Assembly: GCA_038245785.1 (NCBI GenBank)
Contig: JBBRSB010000002.1
Location: 1 to 64,000 of the forward strand
Reading direction: 5' to 3'
DNA from: Gloeobacterales cyanobacterium
GTDB taxonomy: Bacteria; Cyanobacteriota; Cyanobacteriia; Gloeobacterales; PMM-0068
DNA length: 64,000 nucleotides
The notes beneath the pieces were generated by a model. The model worked only from the letters and a program-made list of their open reading frames with translations, searched no databases and had not been told where the DNA came from. The position numbers and the translations under genes are program-made. Below are positions 59,419-64,000 of this stretch, in pieces. Numbering within the stretch: the first letter of the stretch is position 1; every line of letters begins with the position of its first letter.

Positions 59419-60765
59419 CTACATCAGATGCCGTTGAACAAAATCAGTATAAACCTCACCTCGATTGAAGTAGGGATTGTCTAGGATACGCAAATGAAAT
59501 GGAATGGTAGTAGGAACTCCTGTGATTGCATATTCTTGTAACGCTCTGCGCATTCGTCGAATCGCTGATGCCCGGTCTGGTGCCCAAACAATCAGTTTGC
59601 CAATCAAAGAATCATAATAGGGAGGGATATGGTAGCCCGTATAAAGATGAGAATCTACGCGCACTCCGGGGCCACCCGGAGGTAAATAGGCACTCACCAA
59701 ACCAGGACTTGGACGAAAATCTTTTTCAGGGTCCTCTGCATTGATCCGACATTCAATCGAATGGCCGCGAATTTGAATATCTTTTTGGTGATAACCAAGC
59801 TTTTCACCGGCGGCGATGCGTATTTGTTCTGCTACTAAATCTAAGCCCGTAATCGACTCTGTAACCGGATGTTCTACTTGAATCCGGGTATTCATTTCCA
59901 TGAAATAAAATTCACCCGTACTGTCTAATAAGAACTCGACGGTTCCTGCTCCCACATAGCTGATATGTTTTGCGGCTTTGACCGCAGCGTCTCCCATCTT
60001 GGTCCTTAGTCTGGGAGTTAAAGCTGGACTAGGAGCTTCTTCGAGGAGCTTTTGGTGACGGCGCTGAATGGAACAATCCCGTTCGCCTAAGTGGACGACA
60101 TTGCCAAAGCGGTCTGCCAGGATTTGGAACTCGATATGACGAGGTTCTTTCAGATACTTTTCCAGATATACGCCCTGATTCCCAAAAGAGGCTCCTGCCT
60201 CTGCTTGAGCAGTTTGGAGCATCTTCGCCAATTCACTTTGACCGTTTACGATGCGCATCCCTCTGCCACCACCGCCTGCAGTCGCTTTGATGATCACGGG
60301 ATAGCCAATCGTTTCTGCGGCTTCCAGGGCTTCTTCTTCTGATGCCAACAAGCCTTTAGAGCCTGGGACCGTCGGCACCCCGACTTTTTGCATCGTGCTC
60401 CGGGCCGTGGACTTATCGCCCATAAGATTGATCGCTTCGGCTGGGGCTCCGATGAAGGTCAACTGATGGTCGGTACAAATTTCGGCAAAACGGCTATTTT
60501 CAGAAAGGAAACCATAGCCAGGATGGATCGCATCACAATCTCTGACTAAAGCAGCGGAGATGAGATTGGGGATATTCAGATAGCTTTGACTACTGGAGGG
60601 AGGACCGATGCAAATCGCTTCACTAGCCAGCTTGACATGCAGTGAATCCTGGTCTGCGGTGGAATGGACTGCCACCGTTGCTATACCTAGCTCTTCACAG
60701 GCTCGAATAATTCTGAGGGCAATTTCCCCCCGATTGGCAATCAAAATCTTACGAAAATAAGCCAC
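59419..60765 (-). CDS. accC: Acetyl-CoA carboxylase biotin carboxylase
   Basis: [37 protein letters not shown]. Confidence 0.97.
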   Translation of the reverse strand: MAYFRKILIANRGEIALRIIRACEELGIATVAVHSTADQDSLHVKLASEAICIGPPSSSQSYLNIPNLISAALVRDCDAIHPGYGFLSENSRFAEICTDHQLTFIGAPAEAINLMGDKSTARSTMQKVGVPTVPGSKGLLASEEEALEAAETIGYPVIIKATAGGGGRGMRIVNGQSELAKMLQTAQAEAGASFGNQGVYLEKYLKEPRHIEFQILADRFGNVVHLGERDCSIQRRHQKLLEEAPSPALTPRLRTKMGDAAVKAAKHISYVGAGTVEFLLDSTGEFYFMEMNTRIQVEHPVTESITGLDLVAEQIRIAAGEKLGYHQKDIQIRGHSIECRINAEDPEKDFRPSPGLVSAYLPPGGPGVRVDSHLYTGYHIPPYYDSLIGKLIVWAPDRASAIRRMRRALQEYAITGVPTTIPFHLRILDNPYFNRGEVYTDFVQRHLM

Positions 60766-60893
60766 AATATTTTCCGCCGTGGTTCCAAAGGAGTTAGGGG
60801 CGGTGCTGATCCTAGCACTTTCACGGGGCAGAACCGACCGATAATAAGGATACGGTCTGTGCTCTTATGGTTTCTTGAACCCACCCAAACTCA

Positions 60894-62903
60894 ATGCCTA
60901 CAACCTCTCCCCCTAATCTCCAGTTCCCGATTACCGCTGTCATTGGTCAGGAAGCTATTAAATTAGCCTTGCTTCTTGCGGCCGCAGACCCCGGCCTAGG
61001 GGGGGTGGCGATCAGTGGGCGTAGAGGGACGGCTAAATCAGTCTTGGCTCGCGGCATCCATAGCCTGCTGCCGCCGATTGAAGTGGTGAAGTCGAGTTGG
61101 TGTAATGCTACGGTTCAAGAGTGCAAGGAATATCCGAGCATCTGCACCAATAAATCTCACACCCTCAAAGTAATTAAGCCCACTTTTGTCCAAGTCCCGC
61201 TTGGCGTGACGGAAGACCGCCTGCTCGGAGCCGTAGATGTCGAGCAATCCGTCAAACAAGGACAACCGATTTTTCAACCAGGGCTTTTGGCTCAAGCGCA
61301 CCGAGGCGTTCTCTATGTAGATGAACTAAATCTGCTTGATGAGGGGATCATCAACACCCTGCTCAATGTTTTGACTGATGGCGTGAACCGGGTGGAGCGA
61401 GAAGGATTGAGTGTGGTCCATCCCTGTCGTCCTCTTTTAATTGCTACCTTCAACCCAGAAGAAGGAGCAGTACGTGAGCATCTCCTCGACCGCATAGCCA
61501 TCACGCTCTCTGCCGATGAAGTTCTAGGGCTGGATGAACGGGTAGATGCCGTACAGCAGGCTCTCAAGTTTAGTCGGTCGCCAGAGGCTTTTTTAGCCCA
61601 GTACGACCAGGAGTTAGAAGAACTGCGCCTCGATATTATTTTGGCGCGGGAACGACTCAAGGATGTCCAGCTTTCCGAAGAACAAATGGCCTACCTCGTA
61701 GAAGAAGCAATCCGGGGTGGAGTGATTGGTCATCGGGCTGAAATTTTTGCCGAACGGGTGGCTCGTGTTCATGCTGCACTTGATGAACGGACCCGCGTAG
61801 AAGCAGAAGACCTCAAGCGGGCCGTGGAATTGGTCATTATCCCCCGGTCTACCTTGGTAGATTCACCCCCGGACGAACCACCGCCGCCGCCCCCACCACC
61901 ACCACCTCCTGAGGATGACCAGGAGGATGAGGAAGAAAATGATCAGGACCAAGACGAAGAGCAAGAGGAGAATGAGCAGGAAGACGAAGAGGATGACACA
62001 CCCCCTCCCATTCCCGAAGAATTCGTCTTTGATGCAGAAGGCGTGCTCCTAGACCCCAATCTGCTCTACTTTGCCCAGTTGGCTAAACGGAAAGGGAAAG
62101 CAGGGGCGAGGAGCAAGATTTATAGCGAAACGCAAGGCCGCTATATCAAACCGATGCTGCCCAAAGGGAAGATCACCCGAGTTGCAGTCGATGCCACCTT
62201 GAGAGCCGCCGCTCCCTATCAAAAAATGCGCAGGGAGCTACATCCAGGCCGAAAAGTGATCATCGAGAAAGGGGACCTCCGGGCCAAGCGCCTAGCACGC
62301 AAGGCAGGAGCACTGGTGATCTTTGTCGTCGATGCCTCCGGTTCTATGGCCCTCAATCGGATGCGTTCTGCTAAAGGTGCGGTGTTGCGTCTCTTGACAG
62401 AAGCTTATCAAAGCCGCGATAAGGTCGCTTTGATTCCTTTTCGGGGTGAACGGGCCGATGTCCTCTTACCGCCTACCCGCTCTATCGAACAAGCTCGTCG
62501 TCGTCTCGATGCTCTGCCCTGTGGTGGCGGCTCTCCGCTGGCCCATGCGCTGATGTTGGCGATGCAGGTCGGCACCAATGCCCAAAAATCTGGGGATGTA
62601 GGACAGGTGATTCTGGTCGCTATTACCGATGGACGGGGCAATATTCCGCTAGCCCGCTCTTTAGGAGAAGTCCAGGAAGAGGGTGAGAAGGTGGACGTGA
62701 AAGAGGAACTGCTGGAGGTGGCGAAACAAGTGCGCGGGGTTGGCTTCAAGTTCCTGGTCATTGATACGGAAAATAAATTTGTCTCAACGGGCTTGGCGAA
62801 AAAGCTAGCAGAAAATGGTGGAGGCCGATATTTCTACCTGCCACGAGCGGACGACCGTACGATCGCAGCTACAGCACGCCAAGCGATCCAAAGCCTGAAA
62901 TAA
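60894..62903 (+). CDS. chlD: Magnesium chelatase subunit D
   Basis: AAA+ N-domain, poly-Pro/acidic linker, vWA motif DASGSM. Confidence 0.96.
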   Translation: MPTTSPPNLQFPITAVIGQEAIKLALLLAAADPGLGGVAISGRRGTAKSVLARGIHSLLPPIEVVKSSWCNATVQECKEYPSICTNKSHTLKVIKPTFVQVPLGVTEDRLLGAVDVEQSVKQGQPIFQPGLLAQAHRGVLYVDELNLLDEGIINTLLNVLTDGVNRVEREGLSVVHPCRPLLIATFNPEEGAVREHLLDRIAITLSADEVLGLDERVDAVQQALKFSRSPEAFLAQYDQELEELRLDIILARERLKDVQLSEEQMAYLVEEAIRGGVIGHRAEIFAERVARVHAALDERTRVEAEDLKRAVELVIIPRSTLVDSPPDEPPPPPPPPPPPEDDQEDEEENDQDQDEEQEENEQEDEEDDTPPPIPEEFVFDAEGVLLDPNLLYFAQLAKRKGKAGARSKIYSETQGRYIKPMLPKGKITRVAVDATLRAAAPYQKMRRELHPGRKVIIEKGDLRAKRLARKAGALVIFVVDASGSMALNRMRSAKGAVLRLLTEAYQSRDKVALIPFRGERADVLLPPTRSIEQARRRLDALPCGGGSPLAHALMLAMQVGTNAQKSGDVGQVILVAITDGRGNIPLARSLGEVQEEGEKVDVKEELLEVAKQVRGVGFKFLVIDTENKFVSTGLAKKLAENGGGRYFYLPRADDRTIAATARQAIQSLK

Positions 62904-62908
62904 ATAAA

Positions 62909-62938
62909 TTGACAGGTGTGTTAGAAAGAGAGTAAGTT
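62909..62938 (+). promoter_or_regulatory. Sigma70-type promoter for tRNA-fMet
   Basis: TTGACA-18 nt-TAAGTT just upstream of the tRNA. Confidence 0.6.
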
Positions 62939-62951
62939 GTAAGACTGACGT

Positions 62952-63028
<77 letters not shown>

Positions 63029-63030
63029 AT

Positions 63031-63070
63031 AAAATAGAGACTGGGAAAATATTCCCGGTCTCTATTTTTT
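63031..63070 (+). terminator. Intrinsic terminator after tRNA-fMet
   Basis: AAAATAGAGACTGGGAA...TTCCCGGTCTCTATTTTTT. Confidence 0.85.
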
Positions 63071-63159
63071 AGCTATATGTAATGGATACAAATTTAAAGG
63101 GTGATATCGCTGGGCAAATTCTCTAGTAGAAGTAACAGACAAAGGCAGAGGTTAACAGT

Positions 63160-63978
63160 TTGACGGCTCGATGGGACGAGACATGGCATAGGCTGCGAGA
63201 GTGGACAAATGGTCAGGCTCAGTCGGAGCGACTAGCAGCGCAAATTTTGGTCGAAGAGGGCTATAAAGATTTAGATCCCATCCATCCATTAGGTGGAAAA
63301 GATGGAAGAAAAGATGCTACTTGCGAGAAGGATGGTAAGAAATGGTTAATGGCTGTTTACTTTCCAAGTGGACAACAACCGTTTTCTCAAATTAAGAAAA
63401 AGTTTCTTGGCGACCTTGACGGTGTAGGGCCCAACAGTGCAGATGGGCTAGCCTTCGTCACTAATCAGAAACTTACTCAAGGAGAGCGTAAGACTCTTAA
63501 GAAATCTGCTGGAAAAGGTTATATTGAATTATTTCACTTGGAGAGAGTCACTGCAATCCTCGACAAGCCTGGGATGAGTAGTGTTCGGAAGCAGTTCCTC
63601 GGGGTAGATTGTAAGGAATGGCCTAATATTAAAATACGGTTCCATCAGGTTTTTTCTCGCTACAGTAAAGCAGGCCCATTTCTACGAGAGCTTCCGATAT
63701 TCAATAATTTACTGCCTGAAGACTATGCCTATAGTAAAATTTGTATCGACATAGAAAACACTGGATTAGTGCAAGCAAAAAATATTAAGTTAACTCTATA
63801 CCCACAAGAATTTGAAAGAGGCGTTTCTATTTCACCAAAAGAAAAACATGTGACTGCAAATTTTTATTCTTCATACTCTTACTTAAACTTTGAATTCTCT
63901 AATCTCAATAGGGATGAACGCAGAATATGTGCTGATTGGTTTCATATAAATTTCAGTAATGGAGCTATGAACTATTGA
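63160..63978 (+). CDS. Protein with N-terminal restriction-endonuclease-like domain and AT-rich C-terminus
   Basis: SERLAAQIL..EGY...GGKDGRKDA...AVY...FVTN pattern. Confidence 0.55.
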   Translation: MTARWDETWHRLREWTNGQAQSERLAAQILVEEGYKDLDPIHPLGGKDGRKDATCEKDGKKWLMAVYFPSGQQPFSQIKKKFLGDLDGVGPNSADGLAFVTNQKLTQGERKTLKKSAGKGYIELFHLERVTAILDKPGMSSVRKQFLGVDCKEWPNIKIRFHQVFSRYSKAGPFLRELPIFNNLLPEDYAYSKICIDIENTGLVQAKNIKLTLYPQEFERGVSISPKEKHVTANFYSSYSYLNFEFSNLNRDERRICADWFHINFSNGAMNY

Positions 63979-64000
63979 TGGTAATTTTGAAGCGGTAAAA

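Noticed and set aside
61865..62015. Low-complexity Pro/acidic tract
   Set aside because: Normal ChlD linker.
1217..62761. Many short antisense or alternate-frame ORFs inside mgtE, pcrA, psaAB, chlD and the retron genes
   Set aside because: Shadow ORFs of well-supported genes with no independent motifs.

Overview
A cyanobacterial chromosome segment; the divergent PsaA/PsaB suggest, by inference, an early-branching Gloeobacterales-like lineage. The right two-thirds (about 25.8-63 kb) is mostly housekeeping: glk, pcrA, an ABC1 kinase, coaD, cdv3, menG, menA, amiC, murI, hisC, tRNA-Leu, ntcA, psaAB, chlG, a GH38 mannosidase, accC, chlD and tRNA-fMet. The left part is accessory/defence-like. It has an IS110 3' end next to an integron integrase, HEPN-like genes, and five toxin-antitoxin loci, two with inactivated toxins. 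The main feature is a minus-strand retron locus at about 13.2-22.9 kb: WGR-beta-propeller, WGR-HEAT/ARM and SWIM genes, an AT-rich PD-(D/E)XK-like gene, an unannotated msr-msd ncRNA (14672-14902), and a retron RT (NAxxH, YADD, VTG). The WGR/ARM/SWIM+RT layout matches type XIII retrons. The nuclease-like gene between SWIM and the ncRNA is an extra component. All calls are from reading the sequence; no searches or folding programs were run.
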